In this document: positions 49,732 to 59,983 of the stretch, one piece after another
Layout: each line of letters begins with the position of its first letter
Numbering within the stretch: position 1 is the stretch's first letter
Assembly (NCBI GenBank): GCA_038119895.1
Contig: JAYOKR010000001.1
Location: 72,853 to 136,852 of the forward strand
Source of the DNA: Flavobacteriaceae bacterium
GTDB taxonomy: Bacteria > Bacteroidota > Bacteroidia > Flavobacteriales > Flavobacteriaceae
Direction of reading: 5' to 3'
Length of the DNA: 64,000 bases
The notes under the pieces: model-generated
The model's database searches: none
What the model saw: only the letters and a program-made list of their open reading frames with translations
Told to the model about the DNA's origin: nothing
Position numbers and translations under genes: made by a program

Positions 49732-52128
49732 TTAGAAAGGATAATTTAATCCAATATTAAATACAGCTTTTTTTAGGCTGAAATCTGTTAACCATCTTTT
49801 CCCTTTTTCTAAAGAAGGATTGTGAGTCTTTAAGCCCATATCTAGCCTAAAAATAAATAATCCAGAGTCGTATCTCAAACCAATTCCATTTCCTATTGCA
49901 AGCTCACTTAAATCACTAAATCCATCAAAAGTTCGAGTGTTATCTTCAGTGTTGTCTAGCAGATTCCAAATATTTCCTATATCGGCAAAAAATGCTCCAT
50001 CAAAATTCCCAAACATTTTAAACCTATACTCAAAATTAAATGCAATCTTAAAGTTAGCTTCGTTAAACTCATCAAATGCACCACTACTTCCAGGACCTAA
50101 TTTATATACTTGCCAAGCTCTGTTATCATTAGATCCTCCTCCAAAAAAAGATTCTGAAAATGGTATATTTTCAGAGTTCCCATAAGGTATAGCTAAACCA
50201 TTGAAAAATCTAAATGCAAAAAGTGAATTATTTTCAAAACTCCAATGTTTAGTGTACGTAAATTCAGTTTTGAAGAATTGTGAGAATCTTAAATCAGATA
50301 TAGTTTTAAAATTTTCGAAGCTATCCTTTTTCGCAAATAAATTTGCAATATTACCTGATGTTTGAATTTTTAAATTCCATTTGTTAAAATTATTTCCTTG
50401 AAATACATTTTCTGATTTGTTTGATAATTTTATTGAAGGACCAAGAATTAAATTATTAGAAATCAACCTAGATCTTCTTCCTTCTATAAAACTTACTTTC
50501 CTAAAATCTTTTTCTGTGATGTTTGTAAACTTTCCATCTAATACATCATTAACGAATAAATTAATTCCTGAAGGAATTTCTAAATCTCTGTTGTTATAAT
50601 AAATTGGATTTGAGGTTATTTTATTTGCTATAAAATTTAATTCCTTGTATGAACTAGAATATATATTAAAATAATTATCAATATTTTTATTATTTATTAA
50701 TGCAATTTCAGCGGGAGAAAAACTAAAAAAAGTTTTTTTAGTATTCCAGCTGTATATATAATTTAATTTAAAACTATTTCTATCTAATCCTATATTTCTT
50801 TGATTCGATGAACCAAGATTTATCAATGTTTTTTTATTAGATATCCTTCCTAAAGATTTCTCTTTAGATCCCAATAAAAATCTTGGAATATCAAGTATTA
50901 GGTCATAATTAATTTGCGATATTTGGGTTTTTCCAGATTTACCTATTGAGCCGCTGAACGATAATTCTAAGTTTTCACCTCTTCTAAAAATATTTCTTGA
51001 TTTAAATCTGTTTTCAAAGGCTATCCCAATATCTTCAATATTGGACTGTTTTAAATCAAATCCAAATCCAAGTCCAAATTTCTTTTTACTGTTTAAAAGT
51101 AAATTAGCATTAAGAGAGTTGTCTTTGTTTTTACTGTATTGAATTGAGGGAAAATTAAATAAATCTAAATCATTCAAGTCTCTTAAGCTCGCTTTTCTCA
51201 ATGAATCATTAAAAACATCTCCAGATTTGAATTTTAACTTAGATTTAATAAAATCTTCATTGAAATTAAAAGAATTAACTGAATCACTTTGGGTTATATT
51301 TATCGCAGAAATCTTTGAAATATAATAATCTTCTCCATATATATATGTTTTTACAGGAATGGATAAGTTGTTATTAGTGGAATCAATTTCTGCACTAAAA
51401 AGAATAGAATTAATTTGAAAATCATATACCCCATTATTTTTAAATAAATTAAACAATCTATTTCTTTCAATATCAAAACTTACTGAGTTGAAAAATGAAT
51501 TATTTATTAATTTAGACTCGATTGAGTTAGCCTGGTAAATTGAGTCAATTATTTTAGAATCAATATTTGTTTCGATGTCTCTGATGTAATACCTTCCACC
51601 AGTTGTGATTTTGAAATTTAGATTTGCAGTTTTTTCATTCTCTTTTTTAATCTCATAATCAATATTGTTATTTAAATAACCTAAATTTTGAAAATAAAGA
51701 TTTAAGTTTCTAATTGAATTCTCAATTTTTACTGAATCAATAATGGAAATAATCTCACCATTCTTTAATTTCCAATTATTAAAATTACTGTTATACCTTT
51801 TTAATTGTATTAACTGTTTTTCAGAAAGTAAATTTTTTAATCTTTTTCTTTTATTTTTTTTACTTAACCAATCTTCAAATAAGCTGTCAGAATCACTTTT
51901 TGCTGATGAACCTAGAAATGCTGGAAAAGGAATTCCCAAAATCCTCGAATTTTCCTTAATTGTTATAAGAGGGTTTAATGAGTCACTTTTTATTAGTTTT
52001 TCATTTAAACTTACATTAATTTTTTTAAGAATTGTTTCATTTTTCTCAATCTGTTTTGTTAGATTACAGCTAGAAAAAAAAACTAATACTACAATTAATA
52101 AATTTATTTTTATTAAGTTTCTATTCAT
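49732..52128 (-). CDS. BamA/TamA-family outer-membrane protein, lipoprotein form (TamL-like)
   Basis: Lipobox VFFSSCN. POTRA-like repeats. C-terminal Omp85 barrel ending ..NIGLNYPF. Confidence 0.75.
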   Translation of the reverse strand: MNRNLIKINLLIVVLVFFSSCNLTKQIEKNETILKKINVSLNEKLIKSDSLNPLITIKENSRILGIPFPAFLGSSAKSDSDSLFEDWLSKKNKRKRLKNLLSEKQLIQLKRYNSNFNNWKLKNGEIISIIDSVKIENSIRNLNLYFQNLGYLNNNIDYEIKKENEKTANLNFKITTGGRYYIRDIETNIDSKIIDSIYQANSIESKLINNSFFNSVSFDIERNRLFNLFKNNGVYDFQINSILFSAEIDSTNNNLSIPVKTYIYGEDYYISKISAINITQSDSVNSFNFNEDFIKSKLKFKSGDVFNDSLRKASLRDLNDLDLFNFPSIQYSKNKDNSLNANLLLNSKKKFGLGFGFDLKQSNIEDIGIAFENRFKSRNIFRRGENLELSFSGSIGKSGKTQISQINYDLILDIPRFLLGSKEKSLGRISNKKTLINLGSSNQRNIGLDRNSFKLNYIYSWNTKKTFFSFSPAEIALINNKNIDNYFNIYSSSYKELNFIANKITSNPIYYNNRDLEIPSGINLFVNDVLDGKFTNITEKDFRKVSFIEGRRSRLISNNLILGPSIKLSNKSENVFQGNNFNKWNLKIQTSGNIANLFAKKDSFENFKTISDLRFSQFFKTEFTYTKHWSFENNSLFAFRFFNGLAIPYGNSENIPFSESFFGGGSNDNRAWQVYKLGPGSSGAFDEFNEANFKIAFNFEYRFKMFGNFDGAFFADIGNIWNLLDNTEDNTRTFDGFSDLSELAIGNGIGLRYDSGLFIFRLDMGLKTHNPSLEKGKRWLTDFSLKKAVFNIGLNYPF

Positions 52129-52138
52129 TGTGACTTAT

Positions 52139-52146
52139 CAAAAATA
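52139..52146 (-). promoter_or_regulatory. Candidate -7 box (TATTTTTG on the minus strand) close to the tamL-like start
   Basis: Plus-strand CAAAAATA is only 10 nt upstream of the ATG at 52128, so the leader would be very short. Confidence 0.3.
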
Positions 52147-52157
52147 CATCTAAAATA

Positions 52158-52889
52158 ATGGTTACCAAAAATGAGTTGAAATATATAAGAAGATTATATA
52201 ATAAATCTGAAAGAATTAAAAACAATCAATTTATAGTTGAAGGTGAAAAATCAATTAAGGATTTTTTAAACTCAGATTATCAATTAACAAAATTATTTTC
52301 AACACATCCTAAAGAGTTTAATTCGTTTGAAAGAATAGAAAAGATTAGCATATCACAACTAAAACAAATAAGTTTTTTAAAATCACCAAACAAGCACCTT
52401 GGTGTTTTTGAAATAAAAAATAAAGAATTAAAAAAAGATTCACAATATATAGTTATTGATTCGATAAATGATCCAGGTAATTTAGGTACAATAATAAGAT
52501 CTGCTGAATGGTTTGGTTTTAAACAAATCATTTGCTCAAAAAATTCTGTTGATTGTTATAATCCAAAAGTAGTTCAAGCATCAATGGGCTCTTTATCAAG
52601 AGTGGATATTATTTATACCGATTTAATTGAGTTTATAAAAAACGAAAAAATTCCAGTATATGGTACTGCCAAAGATGGAATAAGTATTTTAGAGTTTTCT
52701 GAAAATATTAATTCTGGAATATGGATCTTTGGATCAGAAGCCAATGGAATTTCAAATGATATTTCTGAATTATGCGAATCATTTTATTCTATTCCAAAAT
52801 CTGATAATGAAATACTTACTGAAAGCTTAAATTTGTCTACATCAGCATCCCTTGTCATGGGCTATTTAAAATTATTTAATAGAAGCTGA
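52158..52889 (+). CDS. TrmH/SpoU-family RNA 2'-O-methyltransferase
   Basis: SpoU motifs NDPGNLGTIIRSA, IFGSEANGIS and SLNLSTSASL. Confidence 0.8.
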   Translation: MVTKNELKYIRRLYNKSERIKNNQFIVEGEKSIKDFLNSDYQLTKLFSTHPKEFNSFERIEKISISQLKQISFLKSPNKHLGVFEIKNKELKKDSQYIVIDSINDPGNLGTIIRSAEWFGFKQIICSKNSVDCYNPKVVQASMGSLSRVDIIYTDLIEFIKNEKIPVYGTAKDGISILEFSENINSGIWIFGSEANGISNDISELCESFYSIPKSDNEILTESLNLSTSASLVMGYLKLFNRS

Positions 52890-53559
52890 AATTTATAAAA
52901 ACAGCCCTTGTAAACATCTTATTTATATTTCCTGTCCAAGGGTTATTGGGAATATTTTTGGGCAATTCGTTTTTTATTGAAAAAACACCTCTTATTGAAG
53001 GTGAGAACTTAAAATATCTTAAATAAAAATCAATTCCAAAACCTAGTTCATAATAAAAACCAACATCATTAAAGTTTAAATCTTCAATTAAGTATCGATC
53101 AAAAGAACCCTCAATTTTTCCTAAATTTAAAGATGTCGAAACTCCTGCTTGTATGTAGGGTTTAAAATTACTAAGTCTCTGTGAGTTATATTTTATAAGT
53201 ATAGGAAGGTGTATGTTGTTAGATTTTACATTCCATAGAGTGTCATTATAACTAGTGAAAAAAAGTCTTTCATTAAAAATAATCTTTGTATTATTTGAGT
53301 AAAGTCCCGGTTCAAAACTTAGATTTAAATTTTTTCTGATTTTTATTTCTCCAATGAGCCCCACATTTAAACCAGTTCCCCTCTCTACCTTCACATGATG
53401 GCGAGGGTTATTCTTATATATTACTTTATAATCATATGTATTTGTACCAATGAAATAACCAAACTTTAAGTTTTTTTCATCAAAATTTGGCAGATTAGTA
53501 AACTGAGCATTTGAAATTATAAAGAATAGTATCGAGATAAAGCAAAATAAAAACCTCAT
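52876..53559 (-). CDS. Small outer-membrane beta-barrel protein (PorT/porin-like; family uncertain)
   Basis: Signal peptide MRFLFCFISILFFIISNAQ (ATG 53559; the ORF track starts at TTG 53580). Alternating beta pattern ending ..AVFINFSFY. Confidence 0.45.
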   Translation of the reverse strand: MRFLFCFISILFFIISNAQFTNLPNFDEKNLKFGYFIGTNTYDYKVIYKNNPRHHVKVERGTGLNVGLIGEIKIRKNLNLSFEPGLYSNNTKIIFNERLFFTSYNDTLWNVKSNNIHLPILIKYNSQRLSNFKPYIQAGVSTSLNLGKIEGSFDRYLIEDLNFNDVGFYYELGFGIDFYLRYFKFSPSIRGVFSIKNELPKNIPNNPWTGNINKMFTRAVFINFSFY

Positions 53560-53631
53560 TTTACCAAAGCTAATAAACAATTATATAAGGCAAGTTCATT
53601 AAAGGTTTTATTTTAAAATTTAAAAATCAAG

Positions 53632-53639
53632 TATATTTG
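53632..53639 (+). promoter_or_regulatory. Candidate -7 box TATATTTG for trkA-trkH
   Basis: Exact TAnnTTTG match 22 nt upstream of the trkA ATG at 53662. Confidence 0.45.
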
Positions 53640-53661
53640 CCAAGATATAAATCTCTAGTGA

Positions 53662-55008
53662 ATGAAAATTATTATTGCTGGGGCAGGCGAAGTTGGATTG
53701 CATTTATCAAAATTATTATCTTTTGAATCTCATGATATTACACTTATCGATGATAATGATGTAAGTCTTAAAGATGGAGAAAATTATTTGGACATCAAGG
53801 TGATTAGTGGTGACGCATCTTCCATTGCCATATTAAATCAAGCGAATGTTAAAGATTCAGACTTGTTCATAGCAGTAACCTCTAGTGAGTCTATAAATTT
53901 GTTAACATGTTGCTTAGCAAAAAAAATTGGTTCAAAAAGAACGATAGGAAGAATTACAAATCCTGAATATATTGATGATACATCAATTGATTTTAAATCA
54001 ATTGGAATAGATGAAATTATATCACCTGAAAAGCTCGCTTCACAAGAAATAAGTTTATTGGTTAGCGATTCTGCTTTCACAAATAGTCACGATTTTGAGT
54101 CAGGAAAATTAAAAATGTTAGCAGCTATAATTCAAAATAATGCTCCTTTTGTTGGTAAAACAGTTCAAGAATCAGCTTCAGTTTTTCCAGGAATAAAATT
54201 TATGCCAATTGCAATTGAAAGAAGTGGAAGTCAGAATGTTATAATTCCTAGAGGGGATACTGTGTTTGAAAACGATGACCATGTTTATTTTATTACATGT
54301 GAAGATGGAGTTGATGAGCTATATAAGTTGATGGGAACTAAAAAGCATAAAGTTAGTAACGTTATGGTTTTAGGGGGTGGTAGAGTTGGGTTTAGAGTTT
54401 CAAAAGAATTGAGCACTCAAGGCTATTATGTAAAACTTATAGAGAGTAATCCTGAAAAAGCTGAAATAATTGCCGAAAAATTACCCAATGTCTTAGTTTT
54501 AAACCTAGACGGTACTAGAGTAGATTTACTTAATGAAGAAAACCTTAATGAAATGGATGTTTTTATATCTACAACTGGAGACTCTCAAAAAAATATTATG
54601 TCTTGCCTGATGGCAAAATCAAAAAATATCAAAAAAACTATCGCTTTAGTTGATGATACTGATTATTTTGAACTTTCAGAATCAATTGGTGTCGATACAC
54701 TGATAAATAAAAAATTACTTGCTGCTAATGAAATATTTAGGTTCATAAGAAACGGAAATGTTCTCGAGTTAACAAAGCTAAATAATATGAATGTTGAAGT
54801 TTTAGAATTTTTAGTGTCTTCAGATTCAAAAGTTGTAAATAAAAAAATTAAAGATATCAAATTTCCAAGGTCGGCGATAATTGGAGGAGTAATTAGAAAT
54901 GATAAAGGTTCAATAGCCTTAGGCGACTTTACTATTCAAGAAGGGGATAAAGTATTAGTTTGTTCCTTATATGAAACGGTATATAAAGTAGAAAAACTTT
55001 TTCTTTAA
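53662..55008 (+). CDS. trkA: Trk potassium-uptake system NAD-binding subunit
   Basis: Two RCK halves with GAGEVG and GGGRVG Rossmann motifs, 448 aa. Confidence 0.9.
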   Translation: MKIIIAGAGEVGLHLSKLLSFESHDITLIDDNDVSLKDGENYLDIKVISGDASSIAILNQANVKDSDLFIAVTSSESINLLTCCLAKKIGSKRTIGRITNPEYIDDTSIDFKSIGIDEIISPEKLASQEISLLVSDSAFTNSHDFESGKLKMLAAIIQNNAPFVGKTVQESASVFPGIKFMPIAIERSGSQNVIIPRGDTVFENDDHVYFITCEDGVDELYKLMGTKKHKVSNVMVLGGGRVGFRVSKELSTQGYYVKLIESNPEKAEIIAEKLPNVLVLNLDGTRVDLLNEENLNEMDVFISTTGDSQKNIMSCLMAKSKNIKKTIALVDDTDYFELSESIGVDTLINKKLLAANEIFRFIRNGNVLELTKLNNMNVEVLEFLVSSDSKVVNKKIKDIKFPRSAIIGGVIRNDKGSIALGDFTIQEGDKVLVCSLYETVYKVEKLFL

Positions 55009-55010
55009 TT

Positions 55011-56513
55011 ATGTCAAAGCTAAATCATAAGTTGATTTCATATATATTAGGATTACTTCTTCTATTTAATGGATTGGCAATGTTGGTCACTTCCGGAGTT
55101 AGTTTAGTAATTAATGATGGTGTTTTCAGTGAAATTACATCTGCAAGTATAATCACAATAACAATCGGAATTATACTTATGTTACTTAATAAAAATAATA
55201 TTAGACAAATAAATAAGAGAGAAGGTTATTTGATTGTAACACTTGGATGGATAACTATGATTTTTTCGGGAATACTACCTTATTATATAACGGGATCGTT
55301 GTCAACTTTTTCTAATTTGCTTTTTGAAAGTATGTCTGGTTATACGGCAACTGGTTCAACTGTAATTAGTGATATAGAATCATTACCTGAAAGTATTATT
55401 TTTTGGAGAAGTATGACTCATTGGCTTGGAGGAATGGGAATTATTGTTTTGGCAATTGCAATTCTTCCTCTTCTTGGAATTGGTGGGATGCAATTATTTT
55501 CAGCTGAAGCCCCTGGGAGTGGAATAAGCGGAGATAAAATTCATCCAAGGATTAGTTCAACGGCAAAAAGACTCTGGTTCATTTATGTTGGTTTGACTTT
55601 TGCCGAAACAATTGCTTTAAATATTGCAGGAATGAGTTTTTTTGATGCAATTAATCACTCAATGAGCAATATATCTACAGGAGGTTTTTCTACTAAAAAT
55701 CTTAGTATAGCATATTGGAATGATATACCTCAAATTCAATACATTATAATTTTCTTTATGATTTTAGCTGGAACAAATTATTTACTAATTTATTCAGCTC
55801 TTCTTGGAAAATTTAAAAAACTTTTCACCAATACTGAGTTTATTTGGTATTTAACTGTTATTTCAATTTTTGTAATTGTAACTTCATTTGTGCTATTTAT
55901 CAATGTTGACCTCTCAACATCTAATGTTAATCATCCTGAGATATACGGAAAATTAGAATCAAGTTTTAGACATGCATTTTTTCAAATAGTTGCAATAATA
56001 ACAACTACAGGATTTGTAACAGGTGATTTTGCTGAGTGGACTCCTTTTTTAACAATGTTGTTTTTTGCATTAATGTTCATTGGTGCATGTTCAGGATCCA
56101 CGTCTGGAGGAATAAAAATATCGAGACACTTAATATTAATTAAAAACGGATTTTTAGAATTCAAAAAAGCTTTACACCCTAATGCTGTTATTCCGTTAAG
56201 ATACAATCACGCAGTTGTTAAAAAAGAAGTAATTGTAAATATTTTGGCCTTTTTTATGCTCTATTTGATATTATTTGTGATTGGAGCAGGGATTCTTAGT
56301 ACCCAAGGACTTGATTTTATTTCAGCAGTCGGTGGATCTGCTGCTTCAATTGGTAATATTGGACCAGCATTTGGTTCACTTGGACCAACTCTAACTTATG
56401 AAGGATTGTCTGGATTTGCAAAAGTATGGTGTTCTTTTCTTATGTTAATCGGAAGGTTAGAACTTTTCACCTTGCTTATAATTATTTCCCCATATTTTTG
56501 GAAAAAAAATTAA
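55011..56513 (+). CDS. trkH: TrkH-family potassium transporter
   Basis: Polytopic protein with repeated pore-loop motifs (TATGST, STGGFS, TTTGFV, TSGGIK). Confidence 0.9.
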   Translation: MSKLNHKLISYILGLLLLFNGLAMLVTSGVSLVINDGVFSEITSASIITITIGIILMLLNKNNIRQINKREGYLIVTLGWITMIFSGILPYYITGSLSTFSNLLFESMSGYTATGSTVISDIESLPESIIFWRSMTHWLGGMGIIVLAIAILPLLGIGGMQLFSAEAPGSGISGDKIHPRISSTAKRLWFIYVGLTFAETIALNIAGMSFFDAINHSMSNISTGGFSTKNLSIAYWNDIPQIQYIIIFFMILAGTNYLLIYSALLGKFKKLFTNTEFIWYLTVISIFVIVTSFVLFINVDLSTSNVNHPEIYGKLESSFRHAFFQIVAIITTTGFVTGDFAEWTPFLTMLFFALMFIGACSGSTSGGIKISRHLILIKNGFLEFKKALHPNAVIPLRYNHAVVKKEVIVNILAFFMLYLILFVIGAGILSTQGLDFISAVGGSAASIGNIGPAFGSLGPTLTYEGLSGFAKVWCSFLMLIGRLELFTLLIIISPYFWKKN

Positions 56514-57697
56514 GATAAAACACTTTTTATTCGTTTTACAGCTTCAATAATATTCTCTTTAGAAGCAGCATAACTAATTCTAATATTATTGGGACATCCA
56601 AAGGCTTCACCTGCAACTGTTGCTACATGAGCTTTTTCTAAGAGAAACATTGCAAAATCAGATGAGTTTTCAATTTTAAATCCCTCAATAGTTTTTCCAA
56701 AGAATTTTGAAACATCTGGAAAAATATAGAAAGCTCCATCCGGATTATTTAAATTCAATCCATCTATTTCTGAAAGAAGATCAATTATAAGTTTTTTTCT
56801 TTCATTAAATTCTTGAATCATATAGGTGATTTCTGATACCTCAGCATCTAAAGCTGCAATAGTAGCTTTTTGTGCAATACAATTAGCTCCACTGGTAACT
56901 TGTCCTTGAAGTTTGGTACATGCTTTTGCGATCCATTCGGGTGCTCCAATGTAACCAATTCTCCAGCCTGTCATCGCAAAAGCTTTTGCAACACCATTAA
57001 CAGTTATAGTCCTGTTGTACATAGAATCGATTTCAGCAAAGCTAAAATGTTTGACTCCATAATTAATGTGTTCATAAATTTCATCTGATAAAATAAAAAT
57101 ATCTGGATATTTTTCTAACACTGTTGCTATATTTCTAAGTTCCTCTTCAGTGTACACAGTCCCACTCGGATTGTTAGGTGAATTAAGAACAATCATTTTT
57201 GTTTTTGAATTAATTTTTTCTTCAATTTTTTTTGCAGAAACTTTAAAATCTGTTGTTATATCACTGTTAACCACTATTGGAACTCCCTCTGCCATCTCAA
57301 CTATAGCAGAGTAACTTACCCAAAAAGGAGCAAGTAAAATTACTTCTTCACCTGGATTCACTATTGCTTGTATTACATTGGCAATTGATTGTTTAGCACC
57401 AGTTGAAACAACAATTTGATTGGTATTATAATTCAAATTATTATCTCTTGAAAATTTTTTAGAAATAGCTTCTTTTAGATCTAGATATCCATCAACAGGT
57501 GTGTATGAATTATAGTTGTCATTAATAGCATTAATTGCTGCCTTTTTAATAAATTCTGGAACATTAAAGTCTGGTTCGCCTAAACTTAAGCCTATTATAT
57601 CAATTCCTTTGCTTTTTAATTCTCTTGCTTTTGCAGCCATTAATAGGGTGGCAGAGGCAGGTAAGTTATTTATTTTGTCAGTTAAAAACTCCTTCAT
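56510..57697 (-). CDS. PLP-dependent aspartate aminotransferase (class I)
   Basis: NGVAKAFAMTGWRIGY PLP-lysine motif, SPNNPSG, 395 aa. Confidence 0.85.
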   Translation of the reverse strand: MKEFLTDKINNLPASATLLMAAKARELKSKGIDIIGLSLGEPDFNVPEFIKKAAINAINDNYNSYTPVDGYLDLKEAISKKFSRDNNLNYNTNQIVVSTGAKQSIANVIQAIVNPGEEVILLAPFWVSYSAIVEMAEGVPIVVNSDITTDFKVSAKKIEEKINSKTKMIVLNSPNNPSGTVYTEEELRNIATVLEKYPDIFILSDEIYEHINYGVKHFSFAEIDSMYNRTITVNGVAKAFAMTGWRIGYIGAPEWIAKACTKLQGQVTSGANCIAQKATIAALDAEVSEITYMIQEFNERKKLIIDLLSEIDGLNLNNPDGAFYIFPDVSKFFGKTIEGFKIENSSDFAMFLLEKAHVATVAGEAFGCPNNIRISYAASKENIIEAVKRIKSVLS

Positions 57698-57718
57698 TTA
57701 AATTGGAAATATGAAATT

Positions 57719-57726
57719 CAAAGATA
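57719..57726 (-). promoter_or_regulatory. Candidate -7 box (TATCTTTG on the minus strand) for the aminotransferase gene
   Basis: Plus-strand CAAAGATA lies 21 nt upstream of the ATG at 57697. Confidence 0.4.
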
Positions 57727-57753
57727 TTTAAAAATGAATTATTTTAGCTTTGA

Positions 57754-58392
57754 ATGTCATTCAAATTAAATTCTTTTTTTAACCTAACTGAAACTCAAAT
57801 TGATAAGATATATGAATTTCAAAAACTAATGATTTTTTGGAATGAAAGAATCAATTTGATCTCTAGGAAAGATATTGATAATTTTATTATCAATCATGTA
57901 ATTCATTCTTTATCAATATCGTGTTTTTTTAATTTTAATGATAATACTAAAATTTTGGACTTTGGAACAGGAGGTGGGCTTCCTGGTATTCCATTATCTA
58001 TTTGTTTTCCAAATGTTAAGTTTCACTTAGTTGATAGCATAAAAAAAAAGATAGATGTAGTAGATAAAATTTCTAGGGATCTAAATTTGAATAATGTCGA
58101 AGTTACATGGTCTAATGTCAAAAATATTGAGAAAAATTATGACTTTATAGTTTCAAGAGCAGTAGCCAAGTATCCTAAAATAAAATCTCTTTGTTTAAAT
58201 AAGTTTTCAAATAAAAATTTGAATGATAAAAAAAATGGTTTTATTCTTTTAAAAGGTGAAAATGCTAAAGCTGAATTTAACAAATGCAATGAACATTATG
58301 AATTTTCAATCTATGATAGAATTGAACTAGAATATTATAAAACAAAAAAAATATTTTACATACCTAATCCATATATTCATAAGTATAACTAG
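57754..58392 (+). CDS. rsmG: 16S rRNA (guanine527-N7)-methyltransferase
   Basis: DFGTGGGLPGIPL SAM motif. ..WNERINLIS.. near the N-terminus. Confidence 0.9.
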   Translation: MSFKLNSFFNLTETQIDKIYEFQKLMIFWNERINLISRKDIDNFIINHVIHSLSISCFFNFNDNTKILDFGTGGGLPGIPLSICFPNVKFHLVDSIKKKIDVVDKISRDLNLNNVEVTWSNVKNIEKNYDFIVSRAVAKYPKIKSLCLNKFSNKNLNDKKNGFILLKGENAKAEFNKCNEHYEFSIYDRIELEYYKTKKIFYIPNPYIHKYN

Positions 58393-59983
58393 TCGGAGGA
58401 TTTTCGGTTCTACTAACTAATCTAGGGCTCACCCATCTTAATAAATTTAATTTAGATCCTGCTTTATCGTCAGTTCCTGATGCACGGCATCCACCGAAGG
58501 GTTGCTGTCCAACTACTGCACCTGATGGTTTATCATTAATATAAAAATTACCTGCACTATATTTTAATTTATTTAGAGCGTATTTAATGCTTTCTTCATC
58601 ATCAGAAATAAAAGCACCAGTTAGTGCATATTCAGAAGTGCTATCTACAACATCAAGCATTGATTTCCAATCTTGATCATCATACTCAAAAATTGTAACA
58701 ACTGGCCCAAAAATTTCTTCTTTCATTGTTTTAAATTGAGGATCTGTTGTTAATATTATGGTTGGCTCTACAAAATATCCAACAGAATCATCATAACCGC
58801 CACCACAAAGAATTTTACAATCATTACTTGATTTAGCATATTCAATATAATTTGAAATTCTTTCAAAGGCTTTGTTATGAATTACAGCAGTCATGAAATT
58901 GTTAAAATCTATTGGGGATCCCATTTTAATAGTTTTTACTTGATCTATTACATTTGAAATGAGTTCTTTAGAAATAGATTTAGGTAAGTATATTCTGGAA
59001 GCAGCCGAACACTTTTGCCCTTGATATTCAAAACCTCCTCTTATAATAGCAGTAGCAGAAACTTCTAAATCAGCTGTTGGATGACAAAATATAAAATCTT
59101 TTCCTCCTGTTTCTCCTACTATTCTAGGGTAATCTCTATATGTATTAATATTTTCTCCGATCTTTTTCCAAAGATGTCTGAAGATTGTTGTTGATCCTGT
59201 AAAATGTAATCCTGAAAATTCTTTATGAGATAGAGCTATGTTAGTAATCATTTCAGGATCACCCGTAACTAAATTAATTACACCTTTTGGAAGCCCTGCT
59301 TCTTCAAAAACATCCATAGTGATTTTTGCAGATAATACTTGATTATCGCTGGGTTTCCACAATACAACATTTCCCATTAATGCTGCACTAGCACAAAGAT
59401 TAGCTCCTATTGCAGTAAAATTAAAAGGAGTCACAGAGTAGACAAATCCCTCTAGTGGTCTGTACTCAATATTATTCTTTTTACCAGGTCCATCAATCGG
59501 TTGTTCATTATAAATCTCTACTAAGTATTCAACATTAAACCTTAAGAAATCTGCTAACTCACATGCTGCATCAATTTCAGCCTGAAAAATGTTTTTTGAC
59601 TGTCCAATCATTGTAGAAGCAAGAATTTTAGTTCTATATTTTTTTGAAATTAAATCTGCTGCTTTTAAGAAAATATTACATCTTTCTTCCCAATTGGTTT
59701 CAGACCACTTTTTTTTATTTTTTAAAAGATTATCAATAGCACTTTTAACATGATTTTCATCTGCTTGAGAATATGTTCCTACAATTTTTTTATGATCATG
59801 GGGAGGAAGAATATCTTTTCTTTGTTCAGTAAAAATTTTTTCAGATCCTATGTAAAGAGGAATGTCAGTTTTTGAATTAAACATGTATTTATACTCTTCT
59901 ATAATATTTTTTCTTTCAACTGAATTTTTTAAATAAGAAAGAACAGGCTCATTGACTGCCTTGTAATCTTTTAATTTGCTCAT
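58364..59983 (-). CDS. pruA: L-glutamate gamma-semialdehyde (1-pyrroline-5-carboxylate) dehydrogenase
   Basis: Aldehyde-dehydrogenase motifs ETGGKD and GQKCSAASR, 539 aa. Confidence 0.85.
   Translation of the reverse strand: MSKLKDYKAVNEPVLSYLKNSVERKNIIEEYKYMFNSKTDIPLYIGSEKIFTEQRKDILPPHDHKKIVGTYSQADENHVKSAIDNLLKNKKKWSETNWEERCNIFLKAADLISKKYRTKILASTMIGQSKNIFQAEIDAACELADFLRFNVEYLVEIYNEQPIDGPGKKNNIEYRPLEGFVYSVTPFNFTAIGANLCASAALMGNVVLWKPSDNQVLSAKITMDVFEEAGLPKGVINLVTGDPEMITNIALSHKEFSGLHFTGSTTIFRHLWKKIGENINTYRDYPRIVGETGGKDFIFCHPTADLEVSATAIIRGGFEYQGQKCSAASRIYLPKSISKELISNVIDQVKTIKMGSPIDFNNFMTAVIHNKAFERISNYIEYAKSSNDCKILCGGGYDDSVGYFVEPTIILTTDPQFKTMKEEIFGPVVTIFEYDDQDWKSMLDVVDSTSEYALTGAFISDDEESIKYALNKLKYSAGNFYINDKPSGAVVGQQPFGGCRASGTDDKAGSKLNLLRWVSPRLVSRTENPPTSYTYEYMD

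Noticed and set aside
57745-57752. Exact TAnnTTTG match (TAGCTTTG) upstream of rsmG.
   Set aside because: It ends 1 nt before the ATG, so a transcript from it would start inside the coding region. The RsmG N-terminus (..FNLTETQ..) looks complete. I treat this as a chance match.
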